A stretch of 64,000 nucleotides of DNA, from contig JAGTJX010000003.1 of the NCBI GenBank assembly GCA_023657465.1, forward strand, positions 674,830 to 738,829, given 5' to 3'. A program made the translations under genes and the position numbers. Of this stretch, positions 1 through 10,179 are shown piece by piece. Below the pieces are notes generated by a model. It was not told the origin of the DNA. It searched no databases and saw nothing but the letters and a program-made list of their open reading frames with translations. This DNA is from Lysobacteraceae bacterium. Lineage in GTDB: Bacteria; Bdellovibrionota; UBA1018; JAGTJX01. Positions within the stretch are counted from its first letter, which is position 1, and each line of letters opens with the position of its first letter.

Positions 1-57
1 AAAGGCGAGTACGAAGAATGTCACCTCTTTGCAGTCTCGAGCATCAAAGGCCGCGCA

Positions 58-624
58 ATGGGATTTCACGCGTTCTTATCGACGGGCGCGGTATTCTACC
101 GCCTCCCGCTTTCAGCATTCGTCTGGAAGAAAGGCTCAGAAGATGTACCTCTAGAGATGCTTCAGACTTGGGATCAACTGGGCTATCACAACTCGGTCAT
201 TGAGTATGAATTCTTAAAAGAGCTCAATGGCAAGGTCATGATGCGAAATGGAAAATGGGAACGCTGTGAATACATGTTCACTGTCGACTTCTGTCATCCA
301 GACCCAGGATACCTCAACACTACTTTTGTAGAGTCACCTGAAGATCACAAGTGCCAGCACATTGTGAAACTTGCAAATGGGCATTTCGGTGCTTATCCGA
401 ACAATAAAATCCTCTGGGAAGAAATCGCATTCGTCACAAAACAAGTCACAGGGCGACCTGACTACAAAATCAATCGTCAGAAGTTCCATGCAGAGAATGG
501 CGATTGGATGTCATCTAACGACGATCGGTTTTTTTATGACTTCACAAAAAAGGAGGAGCCCAGTGCCCCAGCTAAACTCACTACAGTTGCAAAAGAACAA
601 ACCGCTCTCACTCAGACGCAATGA
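58..624 (+). CDS. hypothetical protein
   Basis: 188-aa ORF from the six-frame track with no motif I recognise. It overlaps the start of the next gene. Confidence 0.45.
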   Translation: MGFHAFLSTGAVFYRLPLSAFVWKKGSEDVPLEMLQTWDQLGYHNSVIEYEFLKELNGKVMMRNGKWERCEYMFTVDFCHPDPGYLNTTFVESPEDHKCQHIVKLANGHFGAYPNNKILWEEIAFVTKQVTGRPDYKINRQKFHAENGDWMSSNDDRFFYDFTKKEEPSAPAKLTTVAKEQTALTQTQ

Positions 625-1456
625 GAGTTTTCTCATTCCAATAGTCACGGTCTCGACTACGTACGCTCTGATCCTTGGCATTGTCCTGGTTGCTGAACGG
701 TCAGGGCTTCTTTACTTACAACTATTGGCTCTACCATTGATAGCGGCTCTACAAAACCATCTGCAAATTCTGCAGCACGAAGGTGCTCATTATCAGATTC
801 ATCCTAAAAGGAAGTGGAATGACATCACTACTAATATCACTTGCACCATTCCATTCGGAGGACTCATCAGTCACTACAGACACTTCCATTTTCTACATCA
901 CAGGTTTTTGCTCGATCCAAAGAGGGATCCAGAAATCAGTTTTTATGCAGAACAAGGATATGATTTTGAAAAAAAGCCTGCTCGTCAATGGGCATGGATT
1001 CTTCTCAAAGATTTTTCTGGTTATCATTATTTTCAATTTTTCTTTTCTTATAATTTTTATTTAACAAAAGAAATACAGGCAGGAAAATTGCCAAGGGTTA
1101 AACTTTCGGAAATCTTAGCCATTCTATTTGTATTCATGTTTTTACTGACACTATTCATATCCGGTTTTGGCGGAATCATTTTATTCTACTGGATCCTCCC
1201 TCAACCTACTTTTATGTTTTTATTTTTAAAGCTACAGGGATATGGAGAACACTCTCAACGACAGGCTACTATTGAAGAGTCTACCCCACTACACTCTTTA
1301 ACCGGTATAAGAGGGCTATTGATTAGATTTTTTATTTACCCTCTGAACTCTGACTTACATAAAGCGCATCATCTCAATCTCTCTGTACCATGGCATCGAC
1401 TGAGACAGCTTGAGTTCGAAGTTGATACTTTAGGGCTGAAATTCGACAAAACTTAA
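563..1456 (+). CDS. membrane fatty-acid desaturase family protein
   Basis: Three histidine boxes (HEGAH, HYRHFHFLHH, HKAHH) spaced between hydrophobic segments. The track ORF starts at 371 but overlaps the upstream ORF. GTG at 563 is preceded by AGGAGG at 551-556, so I take it as the likely start. Confidence 0.7.
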   Translation: MPQLNSLQLQKNKPLSLRRNESFLIPIVTVSTTYALILGIVLVAERSGLLYLQLLALPLIAALQNHLQILQHEGAHYQIHPKRKWNDITTNITCTIPFGGLISHYRHFHFLHHRFLLDPKRDPEISFYAEQGYDFEKKPARQWAWILLKDFSGYHYFQFFFSYNFYLTKEIQAGKLPRVKLSEILAILFVFMFLLTLFISGFGGIILFYWILPQPTFMFLFLKLQGYGEHSQRQATIEESTPLHSLTGIRGLLIRFFIYPLNSDLHKAHHLNLSVPWHRLRQLEFEVDTLGLKFDKT

Positions 1457-1524
1457 CCTCATTAAAGTTTTAAATCGAATTCAGCCGGCATCGTATTTGC
1501 TGATTTTCCGCCGCACTATGAATA

Positions 1525-1553
1525 TTGACATTGTTACGTTTTTCTGTAACTAT
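1525..1553 (+). promoter_or_regulatory. sigma-70-like promoter with a palindromic operator candidate
   Basis: TTGACA at 1525-1530, a 16-nt spacer, then TAACTA. The palindrome GTTAC-N8-GTAAC at 1533-1550 overlaps the spacer, 15 nt before the toxin start codon. Confidence 0.3.
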
Positions 1554-1567
1554 AAACCGGTGGTTTC

Positions 1568-1897
1568 ATGAGAGAGCTCAGATCTTATGAAACAGAAAAT
1601 GGAAGAGCACCGTTTGAAGAGTGGAAGAATAAACTAGATAGGAGCATCCAGTTTCGACTTACAGCTTATCTCAATCGACTATTAATCGGTGCTGCTAAAA
1701 ACAATACGAAATCTCTTGGTGATGGTGTTTTTGAACTGAAGTTAAACATCGGTCCTGGTTATCGAGTTTATTTTGGTGAGGATGGAGAACAGATTATTTT
1801 ACTTTTGCTAGGTGGAGATAAACAAAGTCAGTTTAGAGATATAATCAAAGCAAAAGGATATTGGAGGAACTACAATGAGACGTTCAAAAAAATTTGA
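1568..1897 (+). CDS. type II toxin, HigB/RelE-like addiction-module killer protein
   Basis: 109 aa with GPGYRVYF and LLLGGDKQSQ motifs typical of the COG3657 killer family. It overlaps the downstream antidote gene. Confidence 0.8.
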   Translation: MRELRSYETENGRAPFEEWKNKLDRSIQFRLTAYLNRLLIGAAKNNTKSLGDGVFELKLNIGPGYRVYFGEDGEQIILLLLGGDKQSQFRDIIKAKGYWRNYNETFKKI

Positions 1898-2171
1898 TTT
1901 CCAATTGAGCAAGGATCTTTATGATCCTGAGTATGCAAAAGGTTACTTTGAAACTCTCATGGAGGGCGATGAAGGCCTGTCCGTTGAAGTCGCACTAACA
2001 GTAACCATACAAACCATGGGAACAACAGAATTTGCTGATCTTGTAGGTATTCCAAAATCAAGAGTTTCTGAATTCATGTCAGATAGCAGTGGTACAAAGC
2101 TTTCAACTCTTGATCGCATGCTTAAACCTTTTGGGTTCAAGACTGTCATTACTGCGAAGAAAGCTTCTTAG
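1875..2171 (+). CDS. type II antitoxin, HigA-like HTH addiction-module antidote protein
   Basis: 98 aa. Overlaps the toxin stop by 23 nt. Central helix-turn-helix-like segment (TEFADLVGIPKSRVSEF). Confidence 0.75.
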   Translation: MRRSKKFDFQLSKDLYDPEYAKGYFETLMEGDEGLSVEVALTVTIQTMGTTEFADLVGIPKSRVSEFMSDSSGTKLSTLDRMLKPFGFKTVITAKKAS

Positions 2172-2571
2172 CCTTCCTATTCGACTTCTTAGCTCGATTC
2201 TTACTCTTAGGTTCAATTCCAATCCTGGGATCACTCTTCTCTATCGCTCTTACGATCTCTGGAGCAATGCTCTCCAGTTCAGGATTCGACATAGAAAGGT
2301 AGAGCCACTTGGGTAGAATCTTATGCGGGATGAGTGACGGCCATCTTTCTAAAAGAGCTGCGTGATGATCCCTCTCCGTAGGAATCAGAATCCCATTCCA
2401 ATCCGAGTCTTCGCGGTTCTGCATAATGCAAGTGACGAGCCTGCCCTTGAAGTAGATGGCAAGTCCTCCGAACATCTTCCGATAGGTCAACCTCTCATGT
2501 CCATAGAGCGATTCGTAGAAGTGAACGAGACTGTACTCAAACCAAGGATCTTTTTTTTGCTTTGCAGGCAT
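2149..2571 (-). CDS. TfoX/Sxy N-terminal-domain-like protein
   Basis: 140 aa. KMFGGLAIYFKGRLVTCIM resembles the TfoX_N core FGG..L..G..FA. Basic C-terminal tail. Confidence 0.45.
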   Translation of the reverse strand: MPAKQKKDPWFEYSLVHFYESLYGHERLTYRKMFGGLAIYFKGRLVTCIMQNREDSDWNGILIPTERDHHAALLERWPSLIPHKILPKWLYLSMSNPELESIAPEIVRAIEKSDPRIGIEPKSKNRAKKSNRKAKKLSSQ

Positions 2572-2737
2572 ATGCAGTTCAACAAATTAGCACAAAAAAT
2601 ACCTTTAAGAGGGACTGTTTGTAACCCAACAGATCTCAACAATGACTCAAACACTAAGGTGTCTTGGCATGGGTCTTGTATCTATCAAGAATGAAACACT
2701 AATAAGAAAGAAGGAAAGTAATATGAAAAATTTCAAA

Positions 2738-3151
2738 TGGTATGGATAAGCTCTAGTTTTATTAGCAGTAATAATGTCAGGAGAAGTATTTGCAAAAAGT
2801 AAACACTCAGGAGATTTCACAAAATGGACAAAGGAATTAAAACTCACCACTAAGCAAAATGATCGACTGAAGTCACTTCACGATGAGAGCGAGTCAAAGT
2901 CAGAAGCGCTTTGGGTAAAGGAAAGTAATCTGAGAGAACAACTTAAAGCCGGTCTCTAAAATGACACGGCAGAAGTTGAATTAAAACGACTCAATCAAGA
3001 AGTCGTTGATACAAAATCAGAAATAGCAAAAACGAGGTTTAATGATGTTCTAGAAAAGAGAAAAGATTTGAACGCTGAACAAAAGAAAAAATTGATGAGC
3101 TTAATGGATAAGCATCATCATATGAACCATCATCATTTAGACAGTCATTAA
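2738..3151 (+). pseudogene. Spy/CpxP/ZraP-family (LTxxQ motif) periplasmic protein interrupted by an in-frame TAA
   Basis: ATG at 2738 opens a signal peptide (MVWISSSLLAVIMSGEVFA). LTTKQ motif in the first half. In-frame TAA at 2957-2959. The same frame then continues to 3151 with a second LNAEQ motif and a His-rich tail. The track lists only 2774..2959. Confidence 0.5.
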
Positions 3152-3215
3152 CTCAGGTATTTATTAATTGGATCTCCTTGTGTAGAATAACAAGAATTAA
3201 ACACAAGAAGATCAC

Positions 3216-3749
3216 ATGATTAAGAAAATTCTACTAGGTCTTTTAGCAATCATTCTAGCAGTGATAATTGTTGCATCTTTTCAACCTAATGAATTCAAAG
3301 TCACTCGAACTTTGGTCATGAATGCAACACCACAGTCTGTATTTGAGCAAGTGAACGACTTGAAAAAGATGAACTCCTGGTCTCCTTGGGTGAAAATGGA
3401 ACCCACTGTAAAGATGACTTATGAAGGTCCTACTGCAGGAGTTGGAGCCAAATATTCATGGGAAGGCAAAGAAACCGGTGCAGGCTCTATGACCATTATA
3501 GATGTCAAACCCAATGAATTTGTAAAAACCCATCTCGACTTCCTCAAGCCTTTTGCTGGAATGGGTGAATCTGAATTTGTTATCCGTTCTGAAGGCAAAC
3601 AGACCTCCGTCACCTGGATCATGTCTGGGAAGAATATCCTCATCGGTAAGGTCTTCAACCTTTTCATTAACCAAGACAAGATGATCGGTGGAGCGTTCGA
3701 AAAAGGCTTAGTTGATTTAAAAACGTTATTAGAGTCATCTGGTAAGTAG
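3216..3749 (+). CDS. SRPBCC (polyketide-cyclase/Aha1-like) family protein with N-terminal TM anchor
   Basis: 177 aa with an N-terminal hydrophobic helix. Composition resembles the SRPBCC ligand-binding fold. Confidence 0.55.
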   Translation: MIKKILLGLLAIILAVIIVASFQPNEFKVTRTLVMNATPQSVFEQVNDLKKMNSWSPWVKMEPTVKMTYEGPTAGVGAKYSWEGKETGAGSMTIIDVKPNEFVKTHLDFLKPFAGMGESEFVIRSEGKQTSVTWIMSGKNILIGKVFNLFINQDKMIGGAFEKGLVDLKTLLESSGK

Positions 3750-3754
3750 TAACT

Positions 3755-4783
3755 TTGCCACTTCTTCTCTTTTTGCTCCTTACACTTTTGCCAAAGATAG
3801 CATTAGCTGAAACATCCACTAACGGACTTTCTTGGGGCGGATTTGTTGATACCTATTACGCATATGATTTCAATTTGAATTCAGATCGTTCGTTCACAAC
3901 TCAACCTGCTCGTCATAATGAGTTCAATATCAACCTGGCTTTTGTCGAAGCAAAACTCGATCAAGATCGTTTACATGGAAGACTTGCCATTCAGTTTGGA
4001 ACATCTGTTCAAAATAACTATGCTGCAGAACCCGCATTATATCGAAACATTCAAGAAGCATTCGTAGGCTACAAGTTAGGCGAGCAAACCTGGATTGATG
4101 CTGGTATTATGCTCTCACATATTGGTCTCGAAAATTTTATTTCTAAAGATAACATTCTTTACACAAGGTCTCTTGTCGCCGACTACTCTCCTTACTTTGA
4201 AACTGGAATAAGGCTCTCTACACAGTGGAGCGACAAGTGGTCAACTCAACTACTTGTGTTAAACGGATGGCAAAACATTGCAGAAAATAACTCGAATAAA
4301 GCGATTGGAACACAAGTGAGCTACTCACCCACTACATCGCTTACCTTTATTTATAGTACTTTTTTCGGAAAAGAATACGCTTACAGATACTTTAACGATC
4401 TGATGATGAAACTCTCCCTCGATGAGAATTGGACTATCGCTGCTCAAGCAGATCTTGGCCTCCAAGATGAGTCTACGGGTGGCTCTAATGCGAACTGGAG
4501 TGGATTTTCACTTATGGTGAGACATCAGCTTTCAAGTACTCTAGCGCTTAATTTGAGATGCGAACGATTCTCAGACCCGAAACAAGTCTTAATCCCGCTC
4601 AGCAATGGTAATGCATTCAAAGCTTGGGTAGGATCGCTAGGAGTAGATGTCAAGCTGAGCCAAGCTGTCAGCTGGAGGAATGAAACCAAATTCCTCTATT
4701 CAGAAGATCCTATCTTCCCATCCGCGTTTGGATTCAGAACGTTGAATACAACTATCGTGACTGCATTGACAGCTGGATTCTAA
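3755..4783 (+). CDS. outer-membrane beta-barrel porin-like protein
   Basis: TTG start, signal peptide ending ALA-ETS, alternating amphipathic strands, C-terminal aromatic (ends in F). Follows the SRPBCC gene 6 nt downstream. Confidence 0.6.
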   Translation: MPLLLFLLLTLLPKIALAETSTNGLSWGGFVDTYYAYDFNLNSDRSFTTQPARHNEFNINLAFVEAKLDQDRLHGRLAIQFGTSVQNNYAAEPALYRNIQEAFVGYKLGEQTWIDAGIMLSHIGLENFISKDNILYTRSLVADYSPYFETGIRLSTQWSDKWSTQLLVLNGWQNIAENNSNKAIGTQVSYSPTTSLTFIYSTFFGKEYAYRYFNDLMMKLSLDENWTIAAQADLGLQDESTGGSNANWSGFSLMVRHQLSSTLALNLRCERFSDPKQVLIPLSNGNAFKAWVGSLGVDVKLSQAVSWRNETKFLYSEDPIFPSAFGFRTLNTTIVTALTAGF

Positions 4784-4922
4784 TATAAACACTAAGCACT
4801 CAGCTCCCCTAAGCGATTAATGATTTTCCAACCTCATGACGCAGCTATTCTTGAATGACCAAGAAACACCGAGTCAACAGTTTCAAGCTGGCAGCCAGTC
4901 GGAAGCATGATACGAGTCTTTG

Positions 4923-6365
4923 ATGCTTCAATTACTCTTATTACTCACCCTTCCCGTCCACGCACAAAACTCAAGTTGCTCAGTTTTCGGAGGAACAGGA
5001 GATGTTAACTGCTTCCGCGCATGCGAAGAGAATATCTTAGTCGAATGTAAAAAAAATCCTGAAGCCAATGATGCTCCTGGAGTTGCAATCGTTAATCTCT
5101 CAAAAGCTTACAACATCCACTCAAGTGAACTTAAGGGCTTTGATTCTGCGTTTCTGACGAGCTACCAAACTGTACATGGTGCTATGGATCTTGATTCAGC
5201 AATCGATGCACTCGCTACCGTTGAATACTCTTACGAAGAAGATCGCGAAACTTATTACACACTTCTACCCAATCAAACACCGAAGCTCTTCATTCGCAAA
5301 GGAGCTAAATCTGAATATACTCTCCCCTTCATTTTCAATAAAGATTGTTTAGTCTCCAGTGCCTACACTGTAGGACTCTCACAGATGCAAGGCCTAGGTT
5401 ATGTCGCAGAACTAGAAGAAGGCTGCGAAGCTAGTAGCGTGAAGAAGCTAAGTGATTACGAAACATTTGAAGGCAAATTCACACTTCGAGCACTTGAAAT
5501 GGAATCCAGAAAGAACCTACCTAAGGGTCAGACACCACAGACATTCTTCATTGGGAAAATGCTCGAAGGAAACTTATACCTTGAGCCGCGAGTTTATATG
5601 ACTGAGCCCAACCAAGTTTACTTCGGCAAAGTCTCACTCCCACTTAGTTCCTACAGCTATTTGGGAATTCAGAGGAAACTCACTTTTAAGGTTAAGGATC
5701 AGACACAAATCTTGAACTTCCCCGTTCTCAATCGTGGTTTTCAAGATATTACGAGTATCGAGTTCAAACTGAAAGATCCTAACGCGCTCGTTGAATCTCC
5801 ATCAGGACCTGTATTCACTTTCAAAACCCCTAAGACTCTGATGAGCACTAGCAAAGTCAGTGTTTCTAGCAAAAGCATTGAACTTCTGGGTGATCTGATT
5901 AAATCTCCCACTGTTTATCTCTCAGATTCTGAGGAACTCAGTTTCTCACCCGTGACGAGCATCGTACCTGCACCGCTTTTTAAACTCGTAAAGGCAAAAA
6001 CAATGAAAGTAGACGAGACACAAAATCGTCTCCGTAATCCTGTCTTCTTAAGAGAGAACGACATTACATTCAGCCCGAACTTGTTTCTCGCTCGCGTGAA
6101 AACAAAAGACGACTCGATTTATCTGCTGCTCAAGAACAAAAACGCTCAGCAATTGAAACTCAACACTCAGTGTATGTCAGGTGAGTTCATTAGATTCCAA
6201 ACTCTAAGTGGCACAGTCGTGAGTAAAATAAAACTTGCTGAGAAAACTAGCTCAGGCAAACGCAAACTCACTGCAAAAGAGCTCGAAGGAAAAACAATAA
6301 ATCTGTGCTTGCCGAATGACAAGTCAACGATTCAAACTGAGTTCAAACTTACACAAATAGATTAA
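4923..6365 (+). CDS. hypothetical secreted protein
   Basis: 480 aa with a signal peptide (MLQLLLLLTLPVHA) and no family I recognise. Confidence 0.55.
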   Translation: MLQLLLLLTLPVHAQNSSCSVFGGTGDVNCFRACEENILVECKKNPEANDAPGVAIVNLSKAYNIHSSELKGFDSAFLTSYQTVHGAMDLDSAIDALATVEYSYEEDRETYYTLLPNQTPKLFIRKGAKSEYTLPFIFNKDCLVSSAYTVGLSQMQGLGYVAELEEGCEASSVKKLSDYETFEGKFTLRALEMESRKNLPKGQTPQTFFIGKMLEGNLYLEPRVYMTEPNQVYFGKVSLPLSSYSYLGIQRKLTFKVKDQTQILNFPVLNRGFQDITSIEFKLKDPNALVESPSGPVFTFKTPKTLMSTSKVSVSSKSIELLGDLIKSPTVYLSDSEELSFSPVTSIVPAPLFKLVKAKTMKVDETQNRLRNPVFLRENDITFSPNLFLARVKTKDDSIYLLLKNKNAQQLKLNTQCMSGEFIRFQTLSGTVVSKIKLAEKTSSGKRKLTAKELEGKTINLCLPNDKSTIQTEFKLTQID

Positions 6366-6377
6366 GCTGCCTCACAT

Positions 6378-6402
6378 AAAAACCTCACACTGTGAGGTTT
6401 TT
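6378..6402. terminator. bidirectional intrinsic terminator hairpin
   Basis: aacctca-cactg-tgaggtt stem-loop flanked by an A-run and a T-run, between convergent genes. Confidence 0.6.
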
Positions 6403-7285
6403 ATTCATCACGTCGATCTAAGCCGAGCATCCTGGCTTCACACTTACCTGTGAAAGCGTGCTTCTCAGCACGCTCAGATGGCATAGAAGTGAACATATCT
6501 CTTAATCCTGGTACATTGCGTTCGATCATTTTGTCGATGTCAGCTTGAGAAGGTGAGTGTGAATAACCTAACTCAAACAAGATCGACCACACCCCATGTT
6601 CCATGAATGCGTAATCTTCGAATGTTCCATCTGCTGGATAGAGAAGATCCGTAGAGTTTCCAAATTGATAACCACTATGTGCTGTCGCAGTCTTCGTGAG
6701 CTCAATGAAGAGCTCATCGTACTCGGTCTTCACGTCATGAGTAGAAATCCCCCATGGATAGAGAGCTGCTCCTGTGTACGTGTGGAGAGTTGCAGAACCT
6801 ACGATCCCCTTCTCTCTCACGAAATCAGCAAGAGCGAGAGTGGACTTGAGATTAAACGGACCATCCGTACCACAGGGACTTGGATAATCTCGATTTGCAT
6901 CGTGATAACGACCGTTTGCCATCTCGTGACGACTTCTTGAGTTGTATCCAGGAATATTGAGCACTGGGATCACATACATTGTCTGATGATTTAATGGCTT
7001 ATCAGCCACACTCTCGGCAAACGCGAGCGCGACTTCTGTAGAACCGTATTCATTACCATGGTGTGTACCCACAACGAGGTTTGGAATTTCCCCACTACCA
7101 ATTTTCACTCCCACAATATCTTCACCTGAATCAGATTTTCCGAGAGTGAAAGTCTGCACAGTCTTGGGATAGTTCTTCTGAAGATCCGCTAAGAATTGTT
7201 TAACTCCAGCGTAGTTTCTGTCAGTTGCTGCATTTACTTGCGACACTAATGCCAAAAGAAAAAAAGAAATTTTAATCATACCCAT
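6401..7285 (-). CDS. M14 family zinc carboxypeptidase, secreted
   Basis: Signal peptide, HGNEY zinc-binding motif, and the typical M14 length and layout. Confidence 0.8.
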   Translation of the reverse strand: MGMIKISFFLLALVSQVNAATDRNYAGVKQFLADLQKNYPKTVQTFTLGKSDSGEDIVGVKIGSGEIPNLVVGTHHGNEYGSTEVALAFAESVADKPLNHQTMYVIPVLNIPGYNSRSRHEMANGRYHDANRDYPSPCGTDGPFNLKSTLALADFVREKGIVGSATLHTYTGAALYPWGISTHDVKTEYDELFIELTKTATAHSGYQFGNSTDLLYPADGTFEDYAFMEHGVWSILFELGYSHSPSQADIDKMIERNVPGLRDMFTSMPSERAEKHAFTGKCEARMLGLDRRDE

Positions 7286-7347
7286 CCCTCCCTGCGGTAA
7301 TTTGATATGAATTAATTTTACATTTTATTTATTGAAATAACGACTGC

Positions 7348-7387
7348 AAAAAAAACGCGCCCTGAGATTTCTCCCAGAGCGCGCGTT
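7348..7387 (-). terminator. intrinsic terminator after the sigma-54 activator gene
   Basis: GC-rich stem (acgcgc ... gcgcgt) followed by U8 on the minus strand. Confidence 0.5.
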
Positions 7388-7408
7388 CATTATTAGATCA
7401 ACGGAAAA

Positions 7409-8476
7409 CTATTCACCAATATTATTCATATCGCTACCAATCATATTGCCATTAGCAATTTTATGTTTAGCAGGAGTGATCATTCCTCTTTTACGTAGTT
7501 TCTCAACGAGAGTCGTACGGTTCATTTTGAGGAGTTCGCTAGCCTTGTTCTTATTGCCATGTGTACGTGCGAGAGCTTGATCGACGAGGTGGTTTTCGAA
7601 TGCTGAAACCACATTCTTCAGATCGAGACCATCGATGGGCAACATCATTCTTGGATATTCCCACTCAGCTACTGGAGCAGCGGAGTCAGATCCTTTTGCA
7701 GCGGCAAAGCTAGAGAAGATTTGCTGAGGAATCTCAGACAACTCAATCGCTCCGCCGTTTTTCAGAATGACCATACGTTCAATGAGGTTTTCAAGCTCAC
7801 GAATGTTACCTGGCCAATCATAGGACATGCATGCATCGAGCACATCGCCTGTTGGCATCGAAACAGTGTGACCTGTTAGGCGATTGAAACGAGCAATGAA
7901 GTGTTCGATTAACATTGGAATATCGGTTTTACGTTCACGAAGAGCTGGAACGCGAACTGGAATGACATTTAGACGGTAGAAGAGATCTTCGCGGAAGGTT
8001 CTGTTCTTCACTGCCATTTCCAAATTCACATTGGTAGCTGCAATGATTCTGACGTCAGAGGTAACTGTCTTGTTTGAGCCTACTGCTTCGAATTGCTTCG
8101 TCTGTAGAACTCTTAAAAGTTTTACTTGAAGATGAAGTGGGACATCTCCGATTTCGTCTAGGAATAGCGATCCACCATTAGCGAGTTCGAATCTTCCGAT
8201 ACGGTTCTGTGTAGCACCTGTAAATGCGCCTTTCACGTATCCAAAAAGTTCGGCTTCGAGCAATTCACTTGGAATTGCTGAACAGTTGACGACAACCCAT
8301 GGTCCTGCAGCGCGAGCTGAGTTTTCATGAATGGCACGAGCAACTAGCTCTTTTCCAGTTCCTGACTCACCAGTGATGAGCACTGTGCTGTCGGACTGAG
8401 CGATTTTTTGTATGGTTGAGAAAATTTCCTGAATAGCTGAACTTTCACCAACTAATGGTGATTTAAACGTGAGCAT
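7409..8476 (-). CDS. sigma-54-dependent transcriptional activator (AAA+ and Fis-type HTH only, no sensor domain)
   Basis: Walker [15 protein letters not shown], the [10 protein letters not shown] motif and a C-terminal HTH. I place the start at [11 protein letters not shown] (ATG 8474-8476) with AAGGGGG 7 nt upstream. Only about 25 aa precede the AAA+ core. Confidence 0.85.
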   Translation of the reverse strand: MLTFKSPLVGESSAIQEIFSTIQKIAQSDSTVLITGESGTGKELVARAIHENSARAAGPWVVVNCSAIPSELLEAELFGYVKGAFTGATQNRIGRFELANGGSLFLDEIGDVPLHLQVKLLRVLQTKQFEAVGSNKTVTSDVRIIAATNVNLEMAVKNRTFREDLFYRLNVIPVRVPALRERKTDIPMLIEHFIARFNRLTGHTVSMPTGDVLDACMSYDWPGNIRELENLIERMVILKNGGAIELSEIPQQIFSSFAAAKGSDSAAPVAEWEYPRMMLPIDGLDLKNVVSAFENHLVDQALARTHGNKNKASELLKMNRTTLVEKLRKRGMITPAKHKIANGNMIGSDMNNIGE

Positions 8477-8629
8477 CAATGCCCCCTTTACCCTTCCTTG
8501 AGTGTCGTTACGGTCCCGTTCAACATCCTGTTTTTTACCCGTGGTGGCTCGGACCAATCAGCCCCACATAAAAAGGCTAAGCACCTTTTGCCTACCTGTC
8601 AAAAAAATTTTCAAAAATTTGTCGATTTT

Positions 8630-8848
8630 TTATTTAAGGAGGATGTCGAGCCACTGGTCGGAGTACTGATCTCCGCGGAAAACCATCCACAAGACCGCGG
8701 AAACTAAGAGGATTCCGCATAAAACCCAATAAATATGCTGACTGGAGTCTTTACGCCTTCTGAAGTGGATACCTAGTTGTGCCAAGGGCACAACTAAGGC
8801 TACTGCTAAAAAGGGGTAGAGTCGCCCCACGACGTAAAGAAGATGCAT
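8630..8848 (-). CDS. small two-TM membrane protein (hypothetical)
   Basis: 72-aa ORF directly downstream of metK, with two hydrophobic helices and no clear Shine-Dalgarno. Confidence 0.3.
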   Translation of the reverse strand: MHLLYVVGRLYPFLAVALVVPLAQLGIHFRRRKDSSQHIYWVLCGILLVSAVLWMVFRGDQYSDQWLDILLK

Positions 8849-8861
8849 GATTCTTAAAAGC

Positions 8862-10025
8862 TTACTTCAAGCTTTTGAGAGCTGCAACTAGATCAGTTTT
8901 TTCCCAAGTGAAGTCAGGATCATTACGTCCAAAGTGTCCGTATGCTGCCGTTTTTGTGTAAATCGGGCGCAAGAGATTCAATGATTCGATGATGCCTGCT
9001 GGACGAAGTTGAAACATTTCGCGAGCTACTGCTTCGATTTTGACGAGTGATACTTTTTCAGTTCCGTAAGCATTCACATACACACTGACAGGTTCCGCAA
9101 CGCCAATTGCGTAAGCCAATTGCACTAAGCACTTCTCTGCAAGTCCAGCTGCAACGATGTTCTTCGCTACATAGCGAGCCATGTATGCTGCTGAACGATC
9201 GACCTTAGATGGATCTTTTCCTGAGAATGCTCCACCACCGTGTGCTCCGTGTCCGCCGTAAGTATCAACGATGATTTTGCGTCCAGTGAGACCGCAATCA
9301 CCCATTGGACCGCCGATGACGAAACGTCCGGTTGGATTGATGTAATATTTTGTTTTGGAATCGATCAAGTTCGCTGGAAGAGTTTTCTTAATGACTTCTT
9401 CTTGGATCGCTTCTTGAAGTTCTTTGTAGCCAATCTTTTCGTCGTGCTGAGAACTGACGACTACAGCATCAATGCGTTTTGCTTTGCCATCCGCATATTC
9501 CATGGTGACTTGAGTTTTGCCGTCTGGACGTAACCAGCCCAATTTGCCGTTCTTTCGAACTTCGCTCAGTTTAAGTGCGAGTTTCTGTGAGAGGTCGATG
9601 GTGTAAGGCATGAAGTTATCGGATTCGTTTACTGCATATCCGAACATGATTCCTTGGTCGCCTGCGCCTTGTTCTTTCTGATTGAAAGCACCTTGGCCAG
9701 TGGTCACACCTTGCGAAATATCGGGAGACTGTTTATCGAGAGTCACCATTACGCCGCAAGTTTTGTAGTCGAAACCTTTATCTGAATGATCGTAACCAAT
9801 TCTTTTGATCGCTTGTCTGACGGTGTCTTGGAAATCAACATTTGCACGAGTTGTGATTTCGCCAGCGACAACAACAAGTCCTGTAGTGATCAATGTTTCG
9901 CAAGCCACACGTGACTTAGGATCTTGAGCAAGAATTGCATCGAGAACAGAATCAGAAATCTGATCTGCCATTTTGTCTGGGTGGCCTTCGGTTACTGATT
10001 CAGAGGTAAATAAATAGTTCGACAT
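8862..10025 (-). CDS. metK: S-adenosylmethionine synthetase
   Basis: Start [18 protein letters not shown] with GGTG upstream. Conserved GHPDK and GGGAFSGKD motifs. 387 aa. Confidence 0.95.
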   Translation of the reverse strand: MSNYLFTSESVTEGHPDKMADQISDSVLDAILAQDPKSRVACETLITTGLVVVAGEITTRANVDFQDTVRQAIKRIGYDHSDKGFDYKTCGVMVTLDKQSPDISQGVTTGQGAFNQKEQGAGDQGIMFGYAVNESDNFMPYTIDLSQKLALKLSEVRKNGKLGWLRPDGKTQVTMEYADGKAKRIDAVVVSSQHDEKIGYKELQEAIQEEVIKKTLPANLIDSKTKYYINPTGRFVIGGPMGDCGLTGRKIIVDTYGGHGAHGGGAFSGKDPSKVDRSAAYMARYVAKNIVAAGLAEKCLVQLAYAIGVAEPVSVYVNAYGTEKVSLVKIEAVAREMFQLRPAGIIESLNLLRPIYTKTAAYGHFGRNDPDFTWEKTDLVAALKSLK

Positions 10026-10053
10026 GAGTTTGTTTCGTCCTTTTCGAATTTTT

Positions 10054-10179
10054 TTAGTCAATGTGAATAGGGAATTTTGGCGTGGTGCCTTTGTTCTGCT
10101 CTTTGCGTTTACGAGCTTTGCCTTTGCGAGCTTTGCGAATCTTGCGAGCCATTCTGGTTTTACCAGTCCTTGATGCCAT
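10054..10179 (-). CDS. small highly basic protein (41 aa), possibly ribosome-associated
   Basis: [47 protein letters not shown] Shine-Dalgarno 7 nt upstream of the ATG. Sits 28 nt before metK on the same strand. Below the ORF-track size cut-off. Confidence 0.4.
   Translation of the reverse strand: MASRTGKTRMARKIRKARKGKARKRKEQNKGTTPKFPIHID

Noticed and set aside
371-562. Long N-terminal extension of the desaturase ORF from ATG 371
   Set aside because: It overlaps the upstream ORF for 250 nt. The GTG at 563 has a perfect AGGAGG and gives a normal-length N-terminus.
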